This document shows, piece after piece, positions 55,192-64,000 of a stretch of DNA of 64,000 nucleotides (the stretch's first letter is position 1; each line of letters starts with the position of its first letter). The stretch comes from an uncultured Planctomycetales bacterium. Lineage in GTDB: Bacteria; Planctomycetota; Phycisphaerae; UBA1845; PWPN01. Below the pieces are notes generated by a model. It had not been told where the DNA came from. It did not search any database and saw only the letters and a list, made by a program, of their open reading frames with translations. The stretch is taken from the NCBI GenBank assembly GCA_964618455.1, contig CAZUAQ010000019.1, positions 8,690 to 72,689 of the forward strand, in the 5' to 3' direction. The translations under genes were made by a program, and so were the position numbers.

Positions 55192-55800
55192 TTAGAAAAC
55201 AATGAAGTCCGCCTCGAAATCGCCTCCGGCCGTGCCGTCGTCATCACCATCGAGTGTCACGCTGCCCGAGCTGGTGATCGGGTTGCTGCCGGAGCCCCGC
55301 AGTGTGAGCGAGAAGATGGCTTCGAGGTCGGTCTGCACGCGGGTCAGGTTGAAAACGGTGTCCTGACTGGTGATGACGATCTCGTCGGTCGTGGCACCGG
55401 CGGTGATCGTGATCGGAGCGTTGCTGTTTTCGGTGGTCTCGAGAACGACGTTCGTCTGGGCGATCAGCGAGGTCATGTCGACGGCATCGCTGAAGCGGAC
55501 GGTGATCTGGATGTGGTTGGTGGCGGTCAATTCCCACGCGTAGAACTGGTCGCCGTAGCCCGGGATCTCCTGCTGCACGGGGGCTTCGACGGTGAAGGCG
55601 GTTGTTGTGCCTCCATCGGAACCGTTCCCGGTATCGCCGTTCGAGCCGTTATCCGAATCACCGTTGGACCCATCACCCGGATCCCCGGGCGTTCCCGGTG
55701 TGCCGTCCGGAGGGACGCAAGCCGGCGGTACGAGCATCATCATTCCCAGCGCGAGCCACATTACGATCTGGCGGATGTCTGAAGTTTTCTGTTTCTTCAT
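55192..55800 (-). CDS. Lipoprotein with G/D/N-rich linker and Ig-like domain
   Basis: VPPAC lipobox, PDGTPGTPGDPGDGSNGDSDNGSNG linker, ITVRFSDAVD and TLDGDDDGTAGGDF. Confidence 0.7.
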   Translation of the reverse strand: MKKQKTSDIRQIVMWLALGMMMLVPPACVPPDGTPGTPGDPGDGSNGDSDNGSNGDTGNGSDGGTTTAFTVEAPVQQEIPGYGDQFYAWELTATNHIQITVRFSDAVDMTSLIAQTNVVLETTENSNAPITITAGATTDEIVITSQDTVFNLTRVQTDLEAIFSLTLRGSGSNPITSSGSVTLDGDDDGTAGGDFEADFIVF

Positions 55801-55984
55801 GATGAAGTGCCCCCGGCTTCAGGTTGTTCGATGGACCAGGACATGGGTGCGTTCAGGTCGTCGCGGCAGACCTACGATGAACGGTTCCTCATCACTCACC
55901 ATACCTTCGAGTCAAGACCATCGCCAGAAAAAGGTTTGTGGAATCTGAGACGCTACCACTGCGGGCCGTCAGCCAGCCATCATC

Positions 55985-58900
55985 TCAGGGCAGGCAGGCC
56001 GGATTCGCCGGGACGTTCTGACCGCTGAAACAGCGTTGCAGAACGGCGAAGTCGGATTGATCGCCGTCGGTATCGCCGTCGAGGTCGCGGTTCTCGCAAC
56101 CGGGAGCCAGCGGGATCATCGGGCCGGCGGCGCAGCTCTCGAACAATGAGAAATCATCGCCGTCGACATCGCCGTCCATGTCGAAGTCCGGCGGCAGGAA
56201 GCCGACCACGTTCAGTGTCACGCGATCGGAAGCATATTCGACACCGAATGTGTTTCCATTCGGCAGCCCGAGCCCTTCGATCGCATCGAACTGACCGACG
56301 ACCGAAGGTGCCTCGATGATGGTGTACGTCTGGCCGAGCAAGGGTTCGAAACCGTTGATGGCGGCGAGATCGAGCGTACCGTTCAGGGTCACGCTCTGGC
56401 CGGCCGTGATGCGGTCGAACTGCCCTGGTTGATCACCGGCGATCTCGATGAACAGCGTGTTGCCCTCGCCGAAGGTCACGGCGCCGGGAAAGTGGATGGC
56501 GGCGGTCGAATCGCCCGGTTGGTAGCCGGCGTTGAAGACAATGTCGGCGGCCCAGGGAAACTGTCCCGCACCGGAAACGAGCCCGTTGAACATGACCGCG
56601 CCGCCGGTGTACATCTGCGACCCGGCCGGGGAGTGCAGGTCTCCATGAAAGGCGACATCGATCATGAAAAGAGAACCGAGGTTAACGAAGCCGACATCGT
56701 CGGCCAATCCGTTTGCTTCGCAGGCGAGGTCACTGTTGAACAGGAGGAGTTCACCACCGGTCTCGTTCCGCATTGAACCGGTCATGTCGGTGGATCCATC
56801 GAGGATATAGATCTCGCCTGAATTGCTCAGCCCCGCCAGTTCCACGCGGCCGTTGTTCGAGTCGAGCACACCGTCCGACTCGACCGTCATCTCGCCCCGA
56901 AGCAAGAACTCGACCGAGCTCAGATCTACGTTGGCTCCGAAGACACCGGAACTGCCTACGACCAGATCGCGCTCGAGTTCAAAGATTCCGGAGTTGAACT
57001 GCATCAGGCCGTCAACCACGAAGTTCTGCGGAAAGTCGAGATCCTTGATGCGTAAGGTGCCGCCATCGAGGACGAGTATGCCGTCCGAGGCGATTCTCGT
57101 CAGGAACCGGCGATGCTCGAGTTCACGATCCGGTCCCAGCGCAAGTCTATCACCGAATGGGCCGCCCGCGCCGATGGTCAATCCGCCGCCAACACGGCAA
57201 GCCAGTCGTCCGCTGATGAAATCGAGTGTACCGCCGGACAGGGACAGAGTATTGAGCTCCACGTCGCCTCCGTCGATGTGTAATGTGCCGGAGTCTTGAA
57301 CCAGCAGCGCCTGCGTCGCACTGGTCATCTCGAGCCGGCCGCCGTTCGTGACATTCATGGAAGCATTGTTGACTGGGGACTGGTCGCGGCCGATGGTCAG
57401 GAAAGAACTGAAAACCAGTTGAGAGTTCGCTCCGTCGATATTGATCTCGCTGACTCGTACACCATCCCCGGTGCCGAGGTTGATGAAGCCAAGATCGAGT
57501 TGCGAACCGCCGAGCACGTTGAGGATGGTTGTCTTTGGATCCGTGACGGCGTCGATGCCGGCGCCGTTGATCGTGATGTTCCCGGCATCCAGGACCTGGG
57601 CACCATTGTTCAGCGTCCAGGTGCTGGTCGAGCCTTCCGTGGCGTCCATGGAGTGAAGATTGGGATTGAGATTGAACACAGCATCCGCGCCGTCAATGGT
57701 GAGCGAGACGTCGCCGGCATTCAATCCATTGCCGACAAAGAGACGGTCGACGCTCAGTGAGCCTTCCGAGCCGACGGTCACATCGGCATTGTTGAGATTC
57801 AACAGGAAGGGGTAGTTGATCGATGCACCGTCGGTAATCGACACATCGCGCAGTGCCAGGGAACCGTTGACGACCTCTATCGTCGCCCCATTAATCATCT
57901 GCAGCATCTTACCAATGGTCTGGGAAAAGGATCCACCGTTGTCGATGGTGATCTGGCATCCATCGAAAAGGAGATCCTGCTGTGTGGAGATGCTACCACC
58001 TGTCGCATTGATGGTGACGCTCGGTCGAAGCGTGGTGGGCTCGTTGAACAGTACGCCGCCGTCGGTGGCAAGATTCAGCAGCACGGACCCGCCAATCGCC
58101 GAGCCCATCTCGATGCTGCCACCGGCCGCGATCACGGTGAAACTGCTGAAACTGTTGGCGTTGATGACGATCTGCTCATTGGCGGGCAGCGTCGTTCCCA
58201 GGTTCACGCCTCCGGGCTGGGACAGAAACAGGTTGGCGAGGTTAAACGCGTCCTCGCCGTTGAGATTGATCTCGGAGGGGTCTTCGAAGGCGAGGCTGTC
58301 GGCTTCGAGCGTAACGAGGGCACCCATATCGATGTTCAGCGGAATCTCAGGTACGACGGACATGGTGGCGCCGTCCGTGAGTTGCAGACCGCTCGCTTCG
58401 TCGGCGAAAACCAGGGGGCCGTTGAAGTCGATATGTGTGCCTGGATTCATCGCTTCGATCGTGCCCTTGCGGATTGTGGTTTGTCCGGTACCGGTGGACA
58501 GCGAGGCCTGGTCCTTCAGCCTGACTGTGCCGGAGGTGACATCGAGTGTCGAACTCCCGGTTTGCGTGATGGTGGTGCCGGCGCCGTCGGCGAGAAGATA
58601 ACCGTCACCACGCCGCTGGCCCGTGCTCGAATCGAGTGAACCCAGGATGATATCTTCTGCTGTCAGTGTGGAAGCGTTGGTCAAGTTAATCTCACCCCGT
58701 GTCAGATCATCCTCATCCAAGGCACCGAGACCGAGTTGATCGGTGATGATCAACATAGCGCCGTTGTCGAGTGTGAGATTAGCGTTTTGGTTGAAGCCAC
58801 CCAAGGTCGCGACTTGAAACTGCATCGTGCCGCCATCAACTTGAACGGTGCCTTCCCCCAGTCCGTCGTTGGCGGATACGAGTAACGCACGACCGCTGAC

Positions 58901-59539
58901 CGTGCTGCCCTGTGCAACGCCGAGGGTGGATCCGTTGTTGACGCGGACCTCGGTGCCGGCATCGAGATCGAGTGGATTCAACGCCAGGGCGGATGTGCCG
59001 ACGATCACATCACCACCCTGTACCAGAAGATTCTCGATTTCGCCCAGCCACGGTCCGCCGTCGCTGAAGAAGAACACGCGTCCGTCGGCGATGCCCAGAT
59101 CCTGCAAGACAAAGGACTGATTGATAGAGATTTCAAGCGTCGGGATTAAACTGAACAGTGCCGATTCCGAAGGCCCCGGTGCCGTGCCGTCCTGCCAATT
59201 GGGGCCTTGAAAGAACTCACCACCCGATGCGTTGACCCAGATATCCACGCCCTGGACCGTTGAAGTGGCGACCGCAAGCATGGCGACGATGCCCTGAAGC
59301 AACCAGAAGCCTCGTTTGAATCTTCGGATCGATCGTCCGGGGGGCGTGTTTCCTTTTCGGAGCTGATTCGTGCCGACCCTCTCACAGAGGCGCGCAAAAT
59401 GGAACGGTCTCACGAGTGTCCTTCTTTCCTGTCGAGAATAATCGTCCAACGGATCGTTCACACACCGGCAGCTATCCCTCGACGGAGGGACGACATCCGT
59501 AGCGTGTATGTTCTGGAGCATCCGGCGACTAATGAACAT
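55985..59539 (-). CDS. Large exported beta-repeat (autotransporter-passenger/PEP-CTERM-associated-like) protein with C-terminal dockerin-like module
   Basis: W..ASGG.F...NW..G..PG start of the mature region, G/T/N-rich beta repeats, LFIEIAGDQPGQFDRI...LNGTL, C-terminal DFDMDGDVD. Start codon uncertain. Confidence 0.75.
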   Translation of the reverse strand: MFISRRMLQNIHATDVVPPSRDSCRCVNDPLDDYSRQERRTLVRPFHFARLCERVGTNQLRKGNTPPGRSIRRFKRGFWLLQGIVAMLAVATSTVQGVDIWVNASGGEFFQGPNWQDGTAPGPSESALFSLIPTLEISINQSFVLQDLGIADGRVFFFSDGGPWLGEIENLLVQGGDVIVGTSALALNPLDLDAGTEVRVNNGSTLGVAQGSTVSGRALLVSANDGLGEGTVQVDGGTMQFQVATLGGFNQNANLTLDNGAMLIITDQLGLGALDEDDLTRGEINLTNASTLTAEDIILGSLDSSTGQRRGDGYLLADGAGTTITQTGSSTLDVTSGTVRLKDQASLSTGTGQTTIRKGTIEAMNPGTHIDFNGPLVFADEASGLQLTDGATMSVVPEIPLNIDMGALVTLEADSLAFEDPSEINLNGEDAFNLANLFLSQPGGVNLGTTLPANEQIVINANSFSSFTVIAAGGSIEMGSAIGGSVLLNLATDGGVLFNEPTTLRPSVTINATGGSISTQQDLLFDGCQITIDNGGSFSQTIGKMLQMINGATIEVVNGSLALRDVSITDGASINYPFLLNLNNADVTVGSEGSLSVDRLFVGNGLNAGDVSLTIDGADAVFNLNPNLHSMDATEGSTSTWTLNNGAQVLDAGNITINGAGIDAVTDPKTTILNVLGGSQLDLGFINLGTGDGVRVSEINIDGANSQLVFSSFLTIGRDQSPVNNASMNVTNGGRLEMTSATQALLVQDSGTLHIDGGDVELNTLSLSGGTLDFISGRLACRVGGGLTIGAGGPFGDRLALGPDRELEHRRFLTRIASDGILVLDGGTLRIKDLDFPQNFVVDGLMQFNSGIFELERDLVVGSSGVFGANVDLSSVEFLLRGEMTVESDGVLDSNNGRVELAGLSNSGEIYILDGSTDMTGSMRNETGGELLLFNSDLACEANGLADDVGFVNLGSLFMIDVAFHGDLHSPAGSQMYTGGAVMFNGLVSGAGQFPWAADIVFNAGYQPGDSTAAIHFPGAVTFGEGNTLFIEIAGDQPGQFDRITAGQSVTLNGTLDLAAINGFEPLLGQTYTIIEAPSVVGQFDAIEGLGLPNGNTFGVEYASDRVTLNVVGFLPPDFDMDGDVDGDDFSLFESCAAGPMIPLAPGCENRDLDGDTDGDQSDFAVLQRCFSGQNVPANPACLP

Positions 59540-59655
59540 TCATCAGTATAGGAAAAACCGGGGTCCAGGCTCAACCTTTGTGTGTATGCCCGCGATCTGA
59601 CCGAAGTGGATATATCAGCATCATTCCGAAGGAAGACTGGTTGTATCGGAACAAA

Positions 59656-60216
59656 CTATCGCCCCACGGGGCGGACTTTGGTTTGACGGCTCGGCTCGAG
59701 CTTCTGGCAGGGGAACCCGTTCACAACTTCGCCGCGGCGGCGAAGCGATTGGGCGATTTGGAGGCGAAAGTTTTCGGGCGCGGTATCCAAGGCGCGCTTC
59801 AGGGCGGCGAGGGATTTCTCGCCTTCGATCCGTTCGAGCACCATGCGGGCGTCTTCACGCAGTTGCTCGCTCTTGAGCAGCACGGCCGCGACGCCGACGG
59901 TGTCATCCCCACCGATTTCCGAGAGCATCCAGAGGATCTCGGCGCGGACACTGCGTGGGCGCTCCTGACGCAACAGCATGAGCAGCGCGCGTTCGGTCTC
60001 CGCTCGAAGGGCCTCCGCGCCGGGACGACCGGCGTGGCGGACGATCTTCCACATCGCGCGCACCGCCGCGCGGCGAATGTGAAATTCCTCCCGGGCCATG
60101 AGATCGGCGAGAGGGTCGAGTGCATCGGTTCCTACCGGACCGGCGTTCTGCCAGGCGTCGGCGCGCCGGGGTTCGTCGCCATGCTCGATGCGTCGGATGA
60201 GTTGCTTGGCATTCAT
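59656..60216 (-). CDS. HEAT/PBS-lyase repeat protein
   Basis: LWMLSEIGG, REDARMVLERIEG and LKRAL alpha-solenoid pattern. Confidence 0.75.
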   Translation of the reverse strand: MNAKQLIRRIEHGDEPRRADAWQNAGPVGTDALDPLADLMAREEFHIRRAAVRAMWKIVRHAGRPGAEALRAETERALLMLLRQERPRSVRAEILWMLSEIGGDDTVGVAAVLLKSEQLREDARMVLERIEGEKSLAALKRALDTAPENFRLQIAQSLRRRGEVVNGFPCQKLEPSRQTKVRPVGR

Positions 60217-60232
60217 CGGAGAAAAATCCTTT

Positions 60233-61576
60233 CTACAGATGATACGGGTGGCGCTGCGGACGTCGCATCATTCGCTGCGCCTGGGCATCGCCCACGATCT
60301 CCTGCCGCTCCTGATCCCATTCAAGTTGACGCCCGAGGATGAACGACAGATTGCCGAGGATGCAGAGGTTGGCGACCCCGACGGAGGCCTCGATGTTCAT
60401 GATGGTCTTCCTGCCGGTGCGGATGCCTTCGAACCAGTCCTCCTTGTGGCCGGGGCTCTCGTACACTTCTCTGGCATCGGCTGGGGGTTCCCATTCACGG
60501 GCTTTGCGTTCGGCCCAGGTACCGCCATCACCGCCCCAGTGCGTGAAGGTGCCTTTCGTACCGTGATAGACGGCGCCATAACCGGGCCGGATGATCTTGT
60601 CCTCGTCCGCGTCGCGTGGTTCCGGTGGCGGGGCGTTGTCCGGGTGCTGGCTCCAGGTCATGGTCCAGTCAGGATTCTTGAACGTATAAGTGACGTCCAT
60701 CTCGACGGCGCTGTCCCACAGCCCACTCGGCGGTGAGGTGCCCTTAGCTTCTACCGTGACCGGCCCGGTGCCGTCCGCGCCCATCCACCACATCGCACAG
60801 CTCATGACGTGCGCCCCGCGATCACGGATCTGTCCGCCGCCGGATTCGAGGATCCAGCGGAAGGTTCCGTGGCAGTAGCGCCGGTTGTACGGCCGCCAAC
60901 GCAATGGGCCGAGCCAGAGATCCCAGTCCAGTTCAGGAGGTGGCTCGCTGTCGGGGACGGGGTTCCTGTCGATCGGGCTGGGATAGTGGAAACAGGCGAC
61001 GTGATCGATGTCCCCGATTGCGCCGTTGGCGAGGTAGCGATGGGCAAGGTACGCTTCCGGCTGCGAACGGCCCTGCGAGCCGACCTGCACGGCGATGTTG
61101 TTGTCACGGGCGGCCTTGATCATGGCCTGGCCTTCCTCAATGGTGCAGCACGCGGGCTTTTCGACGTACACGTGCTTGCCCGACTCGGCAGCGTGAACCA
61201 TCTGGACGGCGTGCCAGTGATCGGGTGTGGCGATGACGACGGCGTCGATGTCCTTGCGTTCGAGGATGTAGCGGTAGTCGCGGTAGACGTCCGCCTGAGG
61301 GCCGGCGTTCTCCGATGCTTTGCGGAGGCGGTTCTCGTCGATGTCGCACACCGCCGCCACATGGACTTCGCCCTTCTTCATGCGGCGAACCATGTCCTTG
61401 AGATGGTGCGTACCCATGCCGCCAAGACCGATGTGGGCGGTGGTCAGCCTGTCGTTCGGGCCGGGGCGGCCTTTGGAGGCGAGAATGCCGGAAGGCAGCA
61501 GATACGGGGCACTTATGGCGGCACCGGCGGACTTGAGCAGCGTGCGGCGCGGGATGCCTGAACGGTGACGAGTCAT
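60233..61576 (-). CDS. Tat-exported Gfo/Idh/MocA oxidoreductase
   Basis: RRTLLK Tat signal, IGLGGMG, IDAVVIATPDHWH, HVYVEKP, LDWDLWLGP. Confidence 0.93.
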   Translation of the reverse strand: MTRHRSGIPRRTLLKSAGAAISAPYLLPSGILASKGRPGPNDRLTTAHIGLGGMGTHHLKDMVRRMKKGEVHVAAVCDIDENRLRKASENAGPQADVYRDYRYILERKDIDAVVIATPDHWHAVQMVHAAESGKHVYVEKPACCTIEEGQAMIKAARDNNIAVQVGSQGRSQPEAYLAHRYLANGAIGDIDHVACFHYPSPIDRNPVPDSEPPPELDWDLWLGPLRWRPYNRRYCHGTFRWILESGGGQIRDRGAHVMSCAMWWMGADGTGPVTVEAKGTSPPSGLWDSAVEMDVTYTFKNPDWTMTWSQHPDNAPPPEPRDADEDKIIRPGYGAVYHGTKGTFTHWGGDGGTWAERKAREWEPPADAREVYESPGHKEDWFEGIRTGRKTIMNIEASVGVANLCILGNLSFILGRQLEWDQERQEIVGDAQAQRMMRRPQRHPYHL

Positions 61577-61765
61577 GGTTATTTTGCTTTCTGATCACGA
61601 AGTGTACGAATGTCGTCCGTCGCATGGCGAACTCCAACAGCGTATCACGACCGCCGCGCGGCGTGCAAGTTTTCATGTGATGCGACCGCTTTCGGATAGA
61701 ATGGTGCTCCTGGCTTGTGCGATTGCTGTGGACAAAGTTTCAGCGCCGAATTGAGAAGACTCGAG

Positions 61766-63421
61766 ATGATGCGAACAATCGTCATGTGTGGCGCGGTGTG
61801 GGGAGTGATGTGGATCATGAGTGATGCGAAAGGGCAGGATTCAGGAAACGCGTCGGCACTCGACTGGCAGGCGAGCGGCACACAAGGCGCGGTGGCTGCC
61901 GGTGGAAGCGAAGCCGCGGCCGCGGGGCTGCGGATTCTTAAGAACGGCGGAAACGCCGTGGACGCCGCCGTGGCGACCATCCTGGCGCTGTCGATTACGG
62001 ACTCGGACCAGTTCTGCTTCGGCGGCGAGGTGCCCATCATGGTCTACTCCGCCGAGCGCGGCGTTGTGGAAGTGCTGAGCGGCCAGGGTGTGGCGCCGCG
62101 GCTCGCAACGCGAGATTATTTCGCGAACAAGGGAAGCATCCCGGGTGAAGGTGTGGAACCGGCGGCCGTCCCGGCGGTGTTGGACGCGTGCACGACGGCG
62201 CTGGAGCGCTACGGCACCATGAACTTCGCGTCAGTGGTCGCGCCGAGTCTCGAAGTGCTGGATCGGGGAGATCAACCCTGGCACGGGGACCTGGCGAAGT
62301 CGCTTCGGCAGTTGGTCGCTGCCGAGGGAAGAATCGAAGATCGACGCCGGGGTCTGCGACTCGTGGCGGACTGTTTCTACCGCGGCCCGATCGCGCGTGA
62401 GCTGGATCGATGGTCACGCGCCAACGGGGGTCTGTTGCGCTACAGCGATCTGGCCACGCACGTCACCCGCATCGAAGAACCGCTGTACGTGGATTACCGG
62501 GACCATCGCGTCTTCAAGTGCGGGCCGTGGACGCAGGGGCCGTACCTGCTGCAAACGTTGCGGCTTCTGGAGCAGAATGATCTCGCAGCGATGGGGCAGG
62601 GCTCGGCGGACACGATCCATGCGATCGTCGAGGCGATGAAGCTCGCGCTGGCCGATCGCGACGTGTACTACGCCGATCCGTTGTTTGAAGAAGTGCCGAT
62701 CGCAGCCTTGCTTTCGGAACGCTACATGCAATTGCGTCGGCCGTTGATCGACATGAGCAACGCCTCCATCGTGCTTCGTCCAGGCGATCCGGTGGCGGGA
62801 GAAGCGTTGCTGAGGAGTGCGAATGTGAGAATCGGTGCCGATGCTGCCGAACAGGACACCACCACCTGCCTGACTGCCGATCGCTGGGGCAACGTGGTCG
62901 CGGCCACGCCGAGCGGGTGGGGCGGCGTCATAGCGGGCAAGACCGGGATTCAACTGGGCACGCGCTTGCAGAGCTTCAATATCTGGGAAGGGCACCCGAA
63001 CTGCATCGAGCCTGGCAAGCGGCCACGTATCACGCTCACGCCCACCCTTGTTTTCAAGTCCGGTAAACCGGTACTGGCGATCAGCGTGGCCGGGGGAGAC
63101 GGACAGGATCAGGTGACGCTGCAGATGCTGATCAACGCGATCGACTTTGACATGCCCGCCGATGAGCTGGTGACGGTACCCCGTTTCGACACCAGCCACC
63201 TCGTCGGATCGTTCCGGCAAACGACACCGAAATTGGGCAGCCTCCAGTTGTACGAGGCGTATCCGGCGGCGGTGATCGACGATCTCAAGGCGCGGGGCCA
63301 TCGCGTGGAACTCACCTCGCCTCCGCTCCATGAGCCCATTGCCCTGACCATCGATCCGGAAACAGGACGGATGCACGCCGCCGGGGATCCCGAGGCAAAC
63401 CGCCACGCAGCGGCGTACTGA
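61766..63421 (+). CDS. ggt: Gamma-glutamyltransferase family (Ntn hydrolase)
   Basis: GGNAVDAAVA, MKLALADRD, DTTT nucleophile, PGKRP, AGDP. N-terminal signal-like segment. Confidence 0.9.
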   Translation: MMRTIVMCGAVWGVMWIMSDAKGQDSGNASALDWQASGTQGAVAAGGSEAAAAGLRILKNGGNAVDAAVATILALSITDSDQFCFGGEVPIMVYSAERGVVEVLSGQGVAPRLATRDYFANKGSIPGEGVEPAAVPAVLDACTTALERYGTMNFASVVAPSLEVLDRGDQPWHGDLAKSLRQLVAAEGRIEDRRRGLRLVADCFYRGPIARELDRWSRANGGLLRYSDLATHVTRIEEPLYVDYRDHRVFKCGPWTQGPYLLQTLRLLEQNDLAAMGQGSADTIHAIVEAMKLALADRDVYYADPLFEEVPIAALLSERYMQLRRPLIDMSNASIVLRPGDPVAGEALLRSANVRIGADAAEQDTTTCLTADRWGNVVAATPSGWGGVIAGKTGIQLGTRLQSFNIWEGHPNCIEPGKRPRITLTPTLVFKSGKPVLAISVAGGDGQDQVTLQMLINAIDFDMPADELVTVPRFDTSHLVGSFRQTTPKLGSLQLYEAYPAAVIDDLKARGHRVELTSPPLHEPIALTIDPETGRMHAAGDPEANRHAAAY

Positions 63422-63618
63422 TCTCTGATCCCATACATCTCACACTGAATATCTCCATCCTACCGGAAGCGACCCGCCTGCAAACGTTATGGGGCGGTGG
63501 GGACTATTTCGCGTTTTTTTTCCAGGTGTGGGGAAAGGTTCGCAGCCTGAGATCGCAATAGAGAGTGACAGCTCACGTTTAGGTGGCAACGCTGCGTATT
63601 TCGTTGCCGTTCGGGGCA

Positions 63619-63635
63619 TTGGCACGATTTATGCA
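63619..63635 (+). promoter_or_regulatory. Sigma54 (-24/-12) promoter
   Basis: TTGGCACGATTTATGCA (GG-N10-GC). Confidence 0.7.
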
Positions 63636-63646
63636 TTTGGCGAAAG

Positions 63647-63716
63647 GTGAGACGGGTTTCCCGGGTCTTGGGAAACGGGAGAGCCTCAATACGAAGGGAA
63701 GCCCGTCTCGCTTTTT
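63647..63716 (+). terminator. Large-loop terminator / leader switch immediately after the sigma54 promoter
   Basis: 16-bp stem 63647-63662/63696-63711 (G-U pairs valid on + strand) followed by TTTTT. Confidence 0.55.
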
Positions 63717-63788
63717 GCATCAGCGCCAGGGCAGGCGAAGGGAATGGATCACGACAGCGACGATCCAAACCCACGAAGGAGACGTTCG

Positions 63789-64000
63789 ATGCAGTTGGTA
63801 CTGACATATCAGGAGCAGGATGTGGACAAGGTCTTGCAGACGTCGATGACAGCTGGAGAAGACACGGCTATCCCAGTGCTGGAACCGGGTGTTTTCGTCC
63901 CGGATTCCGGGCTCACGCCCGTGCGCGAACTGGCACGGCTGTTGGGCTTGCTGGACGAGGGGGATGAGCCATCCGATGCTTCGCAGCGGCGCAAGCAAGA
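63789..64000 (+). CDS. 3'-truncated hypothetical protein (missing from the ORF track)
   Basis: GAAGGAG RBS, ATG 63789, open to the window end: MQLVLTYQEQDVDKVLQTSMTAGEDTAIPVLEPGVFVPDSGLTPVRELARLLGLLDEG... Confidence 0.55.
   Translation, partial: MQLVLTYQEQDVDKVLQTSMTAGEDTAIPVLEPGVFVPDSGLTPVRELARLLGLLDEGDEPSDASQRRKQ

Noticed and set aside
63500-63720. c-di-GMP-I or cobalamin riboswitch
   Set aside because: The GAAA-containing segment does not fit the GEMM architecture, and I found no cobalamin-box consensus.
63720-63998. Minus-strand 92-aa ORF as a possible transposase fragment
   Set aside because: No DDE or HTH motif and no terminal inverted repeats. The + strand frame from 63789 has a good RBS and is more plausible.

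Overview
GC-rich bacterial chromosomal window, most likely a planctomycete of Phycisphaerae type. This is inferred from dockerin-like C-termini on secreted proteins, DUF3500/DUF6263-like genes, a ribH-nusB-ftsY block and a PilMNO+secretin+GspE/F cluster. I saw no rRNA, tRNA, CRISPR array or transposase. Main content: (1) a ~13 kb type II secretion/type IV pilus-like operon (5465-18295) that carries, translationally coupled, a single-domain receiver, a GAF+HD-GYP protein and a STAS protein directly in front of an ATPase with an MshEN-like c-di-GMP-binding N-terminus; (2) housekeeping genes (birA, surE, pabB/pabC, dinB, ilvB/ilvN, ftsK, amtB-glnK, ribH-nusB-ftsY, ggt); (3) a stand-alone rnfC-rnfD pair whose flavin-binding motifs look eroded; (4) two large exported proteins that end in the same four-cysteine dockerin-like module; (5) several structured non-coding elements found by reading the sequence. 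These are a ~150-nt 6S-like hairpin behind a sigma70 promoter (18385-18533), a candidate sRNA with anti-Shine-Dalgarno loops downstream of glnK (48321-48446), a sigma54 promoter followed by a switchable terminator hairpin (63619-63716), and triple TTGTCAGA repeats next to an orphan OmpR-type regulator. Family assignments come from motif recognition by eye and were not confirmed by database search.
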